From Lentzea sp. NPDC051838 (GTDB lineage: Bacteria; Actinomycetota; Actinomycetes; Mycobacteriales; Pseudonocardiaceae), in NCBI RefSeq assembly GCF_040681245.1, contig NZ_JBFAYI010000006.1, forward strand, positions 19,198 to 51,197: DNA of 32,000 nt. The letters run 5' to 3'. Positions 14,012 through 22,563 of the stretch are shown piece by piece. The stretch's first letter is position 1; each line of letters starts with the position of its first letter. A program made the position numbers and the translations under genes. The notes under the pieces are model-generated. The model was not told the origin of the DNA, searched no databases, and saw only the letters and a list, made by a program, of their open reading frames with translations.

Positions 14012-14040
14012 CTCGGACCGTCCTGATCAGACGGTCCGAG
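14012..14040. terminator. Bidirectional terminator-like hairpin
   Basis: CTCGGACCGTC-CTGATCA-GACGGTCCGAG: perfect 11-bp stem, 7-nt loop, between the ppm1 stop and the 36-aa ORF stop. Confidence 0.65.
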
Positions 14041-14051
14041 GTGGATGAACC

Positions 14052-14816
14052 CTACTTCTTGCCGGTGAACAGCGCCTTCACCTGGTTGCCGCGCCTGCGC
14101 AGCCCCCACTTCGTCACCCGGATCAGCGCCTCGCGGACGATGTTGCCGCTCATCTTCGACTCGCCGAACTCGCGCTCCAGGAACGTGATCGGCACCTCGC
14201 GCACCCGGAAACCGAGCTCCAGCGTCCGCCACAGCAGGTCGATCTGGAAGCAGTAGCCGGCGGAGGCGACCGAGACGAGGTTCAGCTTGCGCAGGGTGTC
14301 CGCGCGGAACGCCCGGTAGCCGCCCGTCATGTCCCTGATCGACGCGCCCAGGGCGAGTCGCGAGTAGAGCGAGCCGCCGAGCGAGAGGAACTTGCGCTTC
14401 GCCGGCCAGTTCACGACCTCGCCGCCGGGCACCCAGCGCGAGCCGAGCACGAGGTCCGCGGAAGGCAGCGCGTCCAGCAGGCGGTGCAGCTGCTCCGGCG
14501 CGTGCGAGCCGTCGGCGTCCATCTCGCAGATGACGCCGTAGTCGCGGTCGAGCGCCCACTGGAAGCCCGCGACGTACGCGGCGCCCAGGCCGGCCTTCTC
14601 GGTGCGGTGCATCACGTGGACGCGGTCGTCGGCGGCGGCCATCTCGTCGGCCAGCTGGCCGGTGCCATCGGGGCTGCCGTCGTCGACCACCAGCACGTGC
14701 ACGTCGGGCAGTGCCGTGTGCAGTCTCTTGACGATCTTTCCGATGTTGTCCCGCTCGTTGTAGGTCGGGATCACCACCAGCACCTGCCCGAGTTCCTGGT
14801 CAGGCTGCTGCGCCAT
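14052..14816 (-). CDS. ppm1: Polyprenol monophosphomannose synthase
   Basis: GT2 motifs [50 protein letters not shown]; adjacent to lnt as in other actinobacteria. ATG at 14816 preceded by GAAGGAC. Confidence 0.9.
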   Translation of the reverse strand: MAQQPDQELGQVLVVIPTYNERDNIGKIVKRLHTALPDVHVLVVDDGSPDGTGQLADEMAAADDRVHVMHRTEKAGLGAAYVAGFQWALDRDYGVICEMDADGSHAPEQLHRLLDALPSADLVLGSRWVPGGEVVNWPAKRKFLSLGGSLYSRLALGASIRDMTGGYRAFRADTLRKLNLVSVASAGYCFQIDLLWRTLELGFRVREVPITFLEREFGESKMSGNIVREALIRVTKWGLRRRGNQVKALFTGKK

Positions 14817-16347
14817 TCGAGTCCTTCCGTCGTCGTGTGAAGCCCAGCGCCAACGCCACAAGGCCCGCAGCGGTCAGCACCCACTCGGGCCAGGCTCCTA
14901 GCCAAGTCGCCAGCGTAGTCTGTGACCTGAGCGGCAGTGTCGCGACCAGGGCATCGGGCACGAACAGGCCAGTCTTTTGAGTGACGGAACCGTCGGGCTG
15001 GACGATCGCACTGACCCCTGAGGTGGCCGCCACGACCACCGCCCGGCCGTGCTCCACGGCACGTACCCGTGACATGGAAAGCTGCTGGTAGGTCATCTCC
15101 GTGTAGCCGAACGTGGCGTTGTTCGTCGGGATCGCGATGATCGTCGCGCCGGCCTTCACGGAGTCGCGGACGACTGAGTCGAACGCCACTTCGTAACATG
15201 TGTCAAGTGCGACCTTCGCGGGCCCCATGACGAAACCGTCCGGGTCCGAACCGGGCTGGAACACACCGGCACGGTCCACGGTGGACGAGAACAGCCGGAA
15301 GAACGAGCGCATCGGCATCGTCTCGCCGAACGGCTGCAGCTTCCGCTTGGTGTAGGTGTCGGTCGGCCCCTTCTCCGGGTCCCACAGCACCACCTGGTTG
15401 CGCGGCAGCCCGTCGCCGCGATCGACCACCACGGCACCCACCGCGATCGGCGCCTTGATCGCCTTCGCGGCCGCGTCGATCACCGCGGCGGCGTCGACGT
15501 TGCGGAACGGGTCGATGTCCGACGAGTTCTCCGGCCAGATCACGACGTCCGGCTGCTTCACCTTGCCCGCTGCCACATCGGCGGCGAGCTCCATGGTCTT
15601 TCGAGCGTGGTTGTCGAGCACCGCGCGACGCTGCGAGTTGAAGTCGAGCCCGGCGCGCGGCACGTTGCCCTGGATCGCCGCGACCGTCACCGTCCCGGCC
15701 GAGGCGTCCACCCCGACCGGCACCGCGAACCCCGCGAGCAACGGCACCACGACCAGCGGCGCCCCGAGCTTCCAGTTCTTGAGCACCCAGAACAGCCCGA
15801 ACCCGGTCAGCGCCACCGCGAACGACACCAGCGGCGCCCCGCCGAGCGACGCCAGCGGCAGGAACCACCCCTCCGGCTGCCCGAACGCGATCTTGCCCCA
15901 GGTGAAGCCACCGAACGGGAACACCCCGCGCAACGCCTCGTCCGCCACCCACAGGCACGCCGCCCACAACGGCCAGCCCGGCACGCGGGAGATCGCCGCC
16001 ATCGCCGTGGTGCCGATCGAGATCATCAGCGCGCACGCCAAAGCCAGCGGCAGCCACGCGATCAGACCGACGAACTCACCCGTCCACCGCAGCAGCGGCA
16101 CCATGAACCCGAGCCCGAACAGCACGCCGTACCCGAACCCGGCCCGTGCTCTGCGCTCGTAAATCGTCCAGGCCAGCAGCGCGAACCCGACCGGAGCCAG
16201 GAACCACAGCGGACGCGGCGGGAAGCTGAGGTAGATCAGCACACCGCCACCGACGGCGAGTGCCATGCGCAACAGCACCGGAGGGCTCAACCGGCGCCTG
16301 CGGACGGGCATTTCCGGCGATTCCGGCGCGATGGGGGGTGCGACCAC
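14800..16347 (-). CDS. lnt: Apolipoprotein N-acyltransferase
   Basis: N-terminal membrane domain plus C-terminal nitrilase-like domain: [51 protein letters not shown]. Confidence 0.9.
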   Translation of the reverse strand: MVAPPIAPESPEMPVRRRRLSPPVLLRMALAVGGGVLIYLSFPPRPLWFLAPVGFALLAWTIYERRARAGFGYGVLFGLGFMVPLLRWTGEFVGLIAWLPLALACALMISIGTTAMAAISRVPGWPLWAACLWVADEALRGVFPFGGFTWGKIAFGQPEGWFLPLASLGGAPLVSFAVALTGFGLFWVLKNWKLGAPLVVVPLLAGFAVPVGVDASAGTVTVAAIQGNVPRAGLDFNSQRRAVLDNHARKTMELAADVAAGKVKQPDVVIWPENSSDIDPFRNVDAAAVIDAAAKAIKAPIAVGAVVVDRGDGLPRNQVVLWDPEKGPTDTYTKRKLQPFGETMPMRSFFRLFSSTVDRAGVFQPGSDPDGFVMGPAKVALDTCYEVAFDSVVRDSVKAGATIIAIPTNNATFGYTEMTYQQLSMSRVRAVEHGRAVVVAATSGVSAIVQPDGSVTQKTGLFVPDALVATLPLRSQTTLATWLGAWPEWVLTAAGLVALALGFTRRRKDSNGAAA

Positions 16348-16408
16348 CCGATCAGCCTACGAGGCCAGGGAGTACACAGGAGATATGGCCTCCGGCTTTC
16401 CCGTTGCA

Positions 16409-16426
16409 CGCGGGATCCGACCCGCG
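16409..16426. repeat. Subterminal hairpin in the candidate left end of the TnpB element
   Basis: CGCGGG-ATCCGA-CCCGCG, perfect 6-bp stem and 6-nt loop, 36 bp upstream of the tnpB GTG; IS200/IS605 ends typically carry subterminal hairpins. Confidence 0.4.
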
Positions 16427-16462
16427 AAGAGGGGACGGCCTGGACCCAATACGATCATCGTT

Positions 16463-17671
16463 GTGCGAGCCAGGTATCGCTATCGGATCGAGCCGACCGA
16501 CGCGCAGCGGGCCATGCTGGCACGCACGTTCGGGTGTGTCCGTGTCGTGTTCAACGACGCGATCCGGTACCGAGACGAAGCATTCCGAGCCGGCGAGAAG
16601 CCATCACCGACGGATGTGCAGCGGCGCGTGATCACCGAAGCGAAGAACAGCCACGACAGGTCCTGGCTGACCGAGGTCGCGTCGGTCGCGCTGGTGCAGT
16701 CCGTGCGGGACGCACACCGCGCTTACACGAACTTCTTCGACTCGATGAAGGGCAAGCGCCGGGGACGCAAGATCGGCAGGCCGAGATTCAAGTCCCGCAA
16801 GGCCACACGGCAGTCGTTCCGCCTCACGCGCAACGGCTTCAGCATCAGGCCCGACGGTCGGCTGTACATAGCCAAAGTGGGAGACATACGGGTTCGGTGG
16901 TCGCGCGATCTGCCCTCAGTCCCCAGCTCGGTGACGATCATTCGGGAACCAGATGGCCACTTCTACGCCAGCTTCGTGGTCGAGATCGAGCAAACCCCAC
17001 TGCCGCTGACAGAACAGGAAGCAGGTATCGACCTCGGCATTGCCGTTCTTGCGACCGTGGTGAATACCAACGCACAGCACACCGAAATCCCGAACCCAAG
17101 ACATATTTCAGGCAAACAACGCAAGCTGACCCGCCTGGAACGACAAAAAGCCCGCTGCGCCAAGGGCAGCGCCAACCGTGCGAAGTCCTGCCGCAGGATT
17201 GCGAGACAGCACGGCAGGGTGGCTCGTTGCAGGCGCGACCTTCACCACAAACTGGCCTTCCGCCTGATCCGCGAGAACCAAGCGGTCTACGTGGAAGATC
17301 TGAACATAGCGGGAATGCTGGGCAATCATCGGATGGCGCGAGCAATCTCGGACGCCGGGTGGGCGCAGTTCGTCCGATTGCTGGAAGAGAAAGCGGAGAA
17401 GTACGGCCGGACGGTGCACAAAGTGTCGCGATGGCGACCGAGTTCGAAGATGTGCTCCGGTTGTGGGCAAATCACGGACACGATGACGCTGCACGTCAGG
17501 ACATGGACCTGCCCCATGTGCAAGTCAAGGCATCACCGAGACCGCAACGCGGCTCAAAACATCCTCGCCGCCGGACGGGCGGAGAGGCGAAACGCCTGTG
17601 GAGCCTCGGTAAGTCCTCCCTTAAGGAAGGCGGTGGGCGATGAATCAGGAAGCACCCCGGGAGCGGTATGA
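16463..17671 (+). CDS. tnpB: RNA-guided endonuclease TnpB (IS200/IS605 family accessory protein)
   Basis: 402 aa from GTG at 16463 (VRARYRYRIEPTDAQRAMLARTFGCVRVVFNDAI). RuvC-like D in GIDLGIAVLATVV, E in VYVEDLNIAGM, zinc finger CSGCG...CPMC, and D in HHRDRNAAQNI all present. Confidence 0.92.
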   Translation: MRARYRYRIEPTDAQRAMLARTFGCVRVVFNDAIRYRDEAFRAGEKPSPTDVQRRVITEAKNSHDRSWLTEVASVALVQSVRDAHRAYTNFFDSMKGKRRGRKIGRPRFKSRKATRQSFRLTRNGFSIRPDGRLYIAKVGDIRVRWSRDLPSVPSSVTIIREPDGHFYASFVVEIEQTPLPLTEQEAGIDLGIAVLATVVNTNAQHTEIPNPRHISGKQRKLTRLERQKARCAKGSANRAKSCRRIARQHGRVARCRRDLHHKLAFRLIRENQAVYVEDLNIAGMLGNHRMARAISDAGWAQFVRLLEEKAEKYGRTVHKVSRWRPSSKMCSGCGQITDTMTLHVRTWTCPMCKSRHHRDRNAAQNILAAGRAERRNACGASVSPPLRKAVGDESGSTPGAV

Positions 17672-17690
17672 CCGCACGGGAAACCCTGGT
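17540..17690 (+). ncRNA. Candidate TnpB omega/reRNA overlapping the tnpB 3' end
   Basis: Hairpin AGGCG-AAA-CGCCT (17585-17597) and CCTCCCTTAAGGAAGG fold (17615-17630) in the tnpB 3' end, where reRNAs of this family are encoded. Ends not determinable by eye. Confidence 0.35.
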
Positions 17691-19088
17691 CCTCGGGCCA
17701 AGGCGCACGTCAACTATGTCGATCTCGTGGTGCAACGCTTGTCGACGGACGGACACCGCGAGGCAATCGTCGGCGGCGACACCCGGCTGACCCGCTCACA
17801 GGCCCGCGACCTGCTGTTTCGACTCGCCGACGGACTCGTCCAACGCGGCATCAAACCTGGCGACGGTGTGGGTGTGTACGTCGGCAACACCCCCGAGGCG
17901 GTCCTGCTGAACCTGGCGGTCCACCTCCTAGGCGGCCGGCTGGTCTACATCCCTCCGGAGCCCGGCCCAGCAGAGCTCAAGGCGCTCGTCGAACGCGCCG
18001 AGGTCGCGGGCGTCGTGGTCGACCCGGAGTTCGGCACTCAGATCGACGGCTGGCACCTCCAGGACCTCCCGGGCGAGCCGGAAGAACGCACCCCCGCGCC
18101 CGAGTTCTCGACCGTCTCCTACACCGGCGGCACGACCGGGCTGCCGAAGCTCGCGGTGCACCGGCCCAACCGCGACATCGCTTCGGATCCGCGCGCGTCC
18201 ATGCCTCCGATGAACTTGCTGTGCAACACCCTCATCACCCACGGCAGTGGCGCCTCCACGGCGAAGGCCGCACTGCTCAGCGGGTCGAAGCTCGTGCTGG
18301 GCCCGTCGAAGTTCGACGCGGACACGTTCATCAGGCTGGCTCGCGACGAGCAGGTCACCATGACCGTCTTCGTGCCGCCGATGATGTACGAGGTCCTCGA
18401 CCACCCCGACTGCCCGGGCCCGCAGTTCAGCGTGATGGTCGGGGGGTCGGCTCTCGCCCCGCGACGGCTGCGGCAGGCGATCGAGAGGTGGGGCCCGGTC
18501 GTCAACCAGGGCTACGGCCTGACCGAGGCGCTGGGCATCACGATGATGCCCGCCACCGAGATCGACCTCGACCGGCCGGACACCTTGCGCACGGTCGGCA
18601 AACCGCACCCGCTCATGGAGGTCGAGACCCGCGACGGCGACGTGTGGGTGCGCGGACCGTTCGTGATGGAGGGCTATTGGGGCGAACCTCCGTTGAGCGA
18701 AACGGCCGACGGCTGGTTCAACACCGGCGACATGGGCTACTTCGACGACGACGGCCACCTCTACCTGAACGACCGCAGCAAGGACGTGATCGTCACCGGC
18801 CGGACGTCGGACAACGTCTACTCACGGTTGCTTGACGACTTCCTCGTCACGCTTCCCGGTATCCGGCAGGCGGCGGCGGTCGCGCAGCCGGACGAGGCGC
18901 TCGGCGAAGCGGTGCACCTGTTCCTGGTCACCGACGGCTCGGATGTCGATGTCGACAGAATCCGTGATTCGGTCGTCGCCGAACTGGGTGAGCTTTACCA
19001 GCCCAGAGGGGTCACGATCGTTGACCGATTGCCCCTCACCAACGTGGGAAAGGTCGACAAGCGCAAGCTTCGTGCCCTGTTTCGGTAA
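17640..19088 (+). CDS. Class I adenylate-forming enzyme (acyl-CoA synthetase/ligase-like)
   Basis: VSYTGGTTGLPKLAV (P-loop), NQGYGLTEALG, GWFNTGDMGYFDDDGHLYLNDRSKDVIVTG, C-terminal NVGKVDKRKLR catalytic-lysine region. The only obvious ATG lies within the tnpB 3' end. Confidence 0.85.
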   Translation: MNQEAPRERYDRTGNPGPRAKAHVNYVDLVVQRLSTDGHREAIVGGDTRLTRSQARDLLFRLADGLVQRGIKPGDGVGVYVGNTPEAVLLNLAVHLLGGRLVYIPPEPGPAELKALVERAEVAGVVVDPEFGTQIDGWHLQDLPGEPEERTPAPEFSTVSYTGGTTGLPKLAVHRPNRDIASDPRASMPPMNLLCNTLITHGSGASTAKAALLSGSKLVLGPSKFDADTFIRLARDEQVTMTVFVPPMMYEVLDHPDCPGPQFSVMVGGSALAPRRLRQAIERWGPVVNQGYGLTEALGITMMPATEIDLDRPDTLRTVGKPHPLMEVETRDGDVWVRGPFVMEGYWGEPPLSETADGWFNTGDMGYFDDDGHLYLNDRSKDVIVTGRTSDNVYSRLLDDFLVTLPGIRQAAAVAQPDEALGEAVHLFLVTDGSDVDVDRIRDSVVAELGELYQPRGVTIVDRLPLTNVGKVDKRKLRALFR

Positions 19089-19115
19089 GGTTCGGAGTAA
19101 ATCAGGAGGTGACGG

Positions 19116-19721
19116 ATGCCCCGTCCAAGCGTGGAAGCCGAACGCAAGGCGCAGATCCTCGCGTCCACCTGCAAGGTGATCGCGGCAGAGGGTTTCCGCC
19201 ACCTCCGGGTGTCCGACGTGGCGAAGGACGCCGGCGTGTCCGGCGGAACGGTCCACTACTACTTCGAGACCAAGCGCGAGCTGACCGACGCCGCGTTCGA
19301 GCACTGCTTCGAACTGTCGGTGACGCGCCGCCGCTGGATCCTCGAGTCGGACGAGCCGCCGCTGTCCCGGTTGCGCATGGTCGTCGAGTCGTACCTGCCC
19401 GAGGGCGCGGAGACCGTCGAGGCGTGGAAGGTCTGGGCCGAACTGTGGGTCGAGGCGATCCGCAACCCCGAGCTGCAGGAGCTCAACGAGCGCTTCTACG
19501 GCGAGTGGCGCGACATCGTGGCGAGCATCTTCCGCGACGGCCAGGCGTCCGGTGACATCCACGCGCCCGGCGACCCGGTGGAGCTGGCGAACATGATGGT
19601 GAGCATGCTGGACGGCCTCGCGCTTCAGGTGCTGGCGGGCTCGAAGGCCATGACGGTCGACGCCATGCGCACCACCTGCCTGAGGTTCGTCGACCAGCTC
19701 TCCACGGCGTCCGTCGGATAG
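19116..19721 (+). CDS. TetR/AcrR family transcriptional regulator
   Basis: AGGAGGTGACGG-ATG start; HTH ASTCKVIAAEGFRHLRVSDVAKDAGVSGGTVHYYFETKREL. Confidence 0.92.
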   Translation: MPRPSVEAERKAQILASTCKVIAAEGFRHLRVSDVAKDAGVSGGTVHYYFETKRELTDAAFEHCFELSVTRRRWILESDEPPLSRLRMVVESYLPEGAETVEAWKVWAELWVEAIRNPELQELNERFYGEWRDIVASIFRDGQASGDIHAPGDPVELANMMVSMLDGLALQVLAGSKAMTVDAMRTTCLRFVDQLSTASVG

Positions 19722-20887
19722 CTCAGCCCGCCGACGGCGAGGCACAGGGTCAGCAGCAGCGCGACCGGCGTGCGCGTGAAACCGAGGAACAGCAACCCCT
19801 TCGGCACCGGCACGGTCTCCGCGAACCGCTGCGCCTCGCTCAGCAGCAGCCCGGCGAACATCAGGAACACCACCACGAGCGGCAACGTGCGTCCCATCGC
19901 ACCGACCGCGACGAGTGAACCGCTGGTGATGACGACGATCGCCGCCGTGAACCACCAGTGATGCGGCGAGTGCCAGGGCCCCTTGGCACTGCGGGCCATC
20001 AGCCAGTTGCCGAACAGCACCGCGACCGCGGTCAGCACCAGCACCCGCATCGCCGTCGGCACGCCCTGCCCGTCCGGCTCGTAAGCCATGGGTACGTAAG
20101 CGATCCCGAGCGCGACGAGCGGCAGCACGGCGAAGGTTCGCGCGACCCGCATGGCCGCGACCCGGTGTTCCTGGTTCGGCCTGTTCGCCGCCTTGACCCG
20201 CGCCTCGTTCGCCTCACCGAGCTTGCTGCGCGCGGCTTCGGCGTCCCCTTGCTCCCAGACGACCCACACCAACCCGAGGAACACCACGACGCCGAGCACC
20301 ACCGCGTACCCGGTCAGTTGCCGCGGCCCGTAGACCCAGCCGACAGCCCCGACCAGAACGCACAAACCCAGCCGTATCAACGATCCCAGCTCCGGCCGGG
20401 CACTGCGCCACGTCTTCTGCGGCCACGACGTCAGCACCAGCCGCCGCGTCACGAACCACACACTGGCCCCGAGCGCCACGGCCGCGATCCACATAGCGAG
20501 CCCGACCCCGGGCTGCCGCAATGACCTCGTGTCGCCGAACAACAGCAGCGCCACCACGACAGCTGTGACCGCCGCCGGAACCCTGAGGCGCCCCAACGCC
20601 CACAGGTGCGCCCGCACCCACCGGTCGCGGTTGCGCCACGCCGACTCACCGGCCACCAGCCCCAGCAACCCGAGCGCGCCGTAGCCGACGGGATTGCCAC
20701 CGAGGTGCGCTATGGCGAGCACGCCGATCGGCACCGCCCGCGGAATGGGACTCTCCGCGAGAGTGACGCTGCGCAACGGCGACGGTTGCGCATTCAGTTC
20801 CTTTGTCCGAAGCCACTGCCAAGCGCGCCACAGCAGTGGGACGTACACCGCGATGAAGACCGCGTCGACGAGGAGTGCAATGCTCAT
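19625..20887 (-). CDS. Polytopic membrane protein of unknown function
   Basis: 420 aa with multiple hydrophobic segments (IALLVDAVFIAVYVPLLWRAW, LVVVFLMFAGLLLSEAQRF...). 3' end overlaps the convergent TetR gene by 97 bp. Confidence 0.7.
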   Translation of the reverse strand: MSIALLVDAVFIAVYVPLLWRAWQWLRTKELNAQPSPLRSVTLAESPIPRAVPIGVLAIAHLGGNPVGYGALGLLGLVAGESAWRNRDRWVRAHLWALGRLRVPAAVTAVVVALLLFGDTRSLRQPGVGLAMWIAAVALGASVWFVTRRLVLTSWPQKTWRSARPELGSLIRLGLCVLVGAVGWVYGPRQLTGYAVVLGVVVFLGLVWVVWEQGDAEAARSKLGEANEARVKAANRPNQEHRVAAMRVARTFAVLPLVALGIAYVPMAYEPDGQGVPTAMRVLVLTAVAVLFGNWLMARSAKGPWHSPHHWWFTAAIVVITSGSLVAVGAMGRTLPLVVVFLMFAGLLLSEAQRFAETVPVPKGLLFLGFTRTPVALLLTLCLAVGGLSYPTDAVESWSTNLRQVVRMASTVMAFEPAST

Positions 20888-21021
20888 CTCGGCCTCCCAA
20901 GGTTCGGGACAACCGTGGAGTCGCAGGTCACAGCCTCGGGGTTACCTGCTTTAGCTCGTCCGGGTGAAATCAGGGTTCATCCCCGATGCAACAGGTGGAC
21001 TAGTTGCCGCATTGTGGGTAT

Positions 21022-21216
21022 ATGACCACGACAGTTGCATTGAGCAGGCCCAGGACCAACCGGATGATCGCGGGTGTGTGCGCGGGGCTCGCCCAGCGCT
21101 GGGGCATGAAGGCGGGCACAGTGCGCCTTCTGTTCCTGCTGTCCTGCCTTCTGCCGGGACCGCAGTTCGTCGTCTACCTCGTGCTGTGGGTGATCATGCC
21201 CGACCGCGGCTACTGA
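21022..21216 (+). CDS. PspC domain-containing protein
   Basis: MTTTVALSRPRTNRMIAGVCAGLAQRWGMKAGTVRLLFLLSCLLPGPQFVVYLVLWVIMP: canonical stand-alone PspC domain. Confidence 0.88.
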   Translation: MTTTVALSRPRTNRMIAGVCAGLAQRWGMKAGTVRLLFLLSCLLPGPQFVVYLVLWVIMPDRGY

Positions 21217-21228
21217 TTCACTGGCCGG

Positions 21229-21483
21229 GTGCCAGAAAAACTGACCGTCGACCTGCACCCGATCTACCGCAGCGACCGCGACATCGCCGCCGCGGTGCGC
21301 ACCGTGCTCTTCCGGGCCGCCGGGGAGAAGGTGCCGCTGGTGGAGATCATCGTGGGCAAGGGTTCGGGGAAGCTGCGGGGCCGGGTGCTCGCGATGCTGA
21401 AGCAGCCTCACGTGAAGAAGCTGTACCGGCGCGTCGAGGTGGCGCCGGGCAACGACGGAATGGTGCTCGTGCACCTGAAGTAG
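21229..21483 (+). CDS. Smr-domain-like small protein
   Basis: 84 aa, GTG start: LTVDLHPIYRSD...VPLVEIIVGKGSGKLRGRVLAML resembles the LDLH...HGxGxG signature of Smr. Confidence 0.7.
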   Translation: MPEKLTVDLHPIYRSDRDIAAAVRTVLFRAAGEKVPLVEIIVGKGSGKLRGRVLAMLKQPHVKKLYRRVEVAPGNDGMVLVHLK

Positions 21484-21484
21484 G

Positions 21485-21640
21485 TCAGGCGCCGACCAGC
21501 CGCAGGAACGCCTCCCACGCTGCCGGGCTCACCGGCACGTGGGCGGCGGGCGCTTTGGAGTCCCGGATACCGATGCCGCGACCGATCTCGACGCAGTCCG
21601 AGCTGGTAGCGCTGTAGCTGCTCTTCCGCCACTCCGCCAT
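21485..21640 (-). CDS. DUF397 domain-containing protein (51 aa)
   Basis: Manual translation, absent from the ORF track: MAEWRKSSYSATSSDCVEIGRGIGIRDSKAPAAHVPVSPAAWEAFLRLVGA*, matching the WRKSSYS...CVE...RDSK...F pattern. Confidence 0.92.
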   Translation of the reverse strand: MAEWRKSSYSATSSDCVEIGRGIGIRDSKAPAAHVPVSPAAWEAFLRLVGA

Positions 21641-21653
21641 CCGAGTCGCCTCC

Positions 21654-22472
21654 TCAGGACACGATGCTGGTGATCAACTCCCTCGATTCTTCCTTACCGA
21701 GGGCGACGCGGTCCATCATCTTCAGCGCGTCCTGGTAGAGGCTGACCGATGCCTTGTCGTCGAGGAACAACGCCGAGTTCAGCCCGCCTTCGAAGACGAC
21801 CGGCTCGTACTTCTCGAACTTCAGCAGGGTGAAGTCACTGGTCAAAGCGCGACCCGCGGGAAGCACTCGCAAGGTGATGTACGGCCGCACCAACATGCGG
21901 AGCAGTTCGTGGAGTTGCGCCCTCAACACTGCGTCGCTACCCACCGGCGAGTGCAGCACCGGTTCGTACAGATAGAAAACGAACTTCTTGTGCCCCGCGA
22001 CGATTCCTCGGCGTTCGGTCCGAGCCGCGACCCATTCCCAGATGTTCTCGTCCTCGACGAACGGCGAGTCCTCGGCCAAGGCGCGCGCGTACGGCTCGAT
22101 CTGCAGCAGTCCGGAGATGAACAGCGAACTCCAGTGCACGATCTCCTTGGCGAGCCGTTCGTGCAGGATCAGCGTCCGGACGTGGGGCGGCAGCACTGAC
22201 TCGTAGACCTGCAGCCACCCCTTCTCCCGCGACTCCAGGAACAGACCCTTCAGATACTGGAACTCGTCCGGCTTGACGCCACACACTCCGAGCAGGAAGG
22301 CGAACTCTTCGAGCGACGTGCCACCCTTGCCGTTGACGAGATCCGACAACTTGGCGTGCTCCCAGCCGAGCCGCCGGGCGAGCTCAGCCTCCTTCATGCC
22401 GGTTCGTGCGATCATCTCGCGGAGGCGCTCACCGAACTCTCGTCCCAGCACTGTGGACACTCGCTTTGGCAT
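21654..22472 (-). CDS. XRE-family HTH protein with DUF5753-like C-terminal domain
   Basis: HTH LREMIARTGMKEAELARRLGWEHAKLSDLVNGKG; effector-like region with PPHVRTLILHERLAKEIVHWSSLFISGLLQIEPYARAL; directly upstream of the DUF397 gene. Confidence 0.88.
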   Translation of the reverse strand: MPKRVSTVLGREFGERLREMIARTGMKEAELARRLGWEHAKLSDLVNGKGGTSLEEFAFLLGVCGVKPDEFQYLKGLFLESREKGWLQVYESVLPPHVRTLILHERLAKEIVHWSSLFISGLLQIEPYARALAEDSPFVEDENIWEWVAARTERRGIVAGHKKFVFYLYEPVLHSPVGSDAVLRAQLHELLRMLVRPYITLRVLPAGRALTSDFTLLKFEKYEPVVFEGGLNSALFLDDKASVSLYQDALKMMDRVALGKEESRELITSIVS

Positions 22473-22563
22473 GGCTCGAAATTAGCGCCGTGACGCTTCC
22501 GTCCACTATCGTTTCGGGCCCAAAATGACCTGAAAGAAGCAGATGTAGAAGGGTTCTACGGAT

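Larger units (their letters stand above)
16390..17690 (+). mobile_element. IS200/IS605-like (IS1341-type) element carrying only tnpB; exact ends undefined
   Basis: Solo TnpB ORF between lnt and a ligase gene, no tnpA ORF, hairpins at both flanks. Boundaries are approximate. Confidence 0.6.

Noticed and set aside
15607-17643. 678-aa plus-strand ORF spanning lnt and tnpB
   Set aside because: Runs antisense through lnt and in a wrong frame through tnpB; high-GC artefact.
17640-19721. Ligase plus TetR as part of an NRPS or siderophore cluster
   Set aside because: No carrier-protein, condensation or ketosynthase genes nearby; it looks like a stand-alone ligase with a local regulator.
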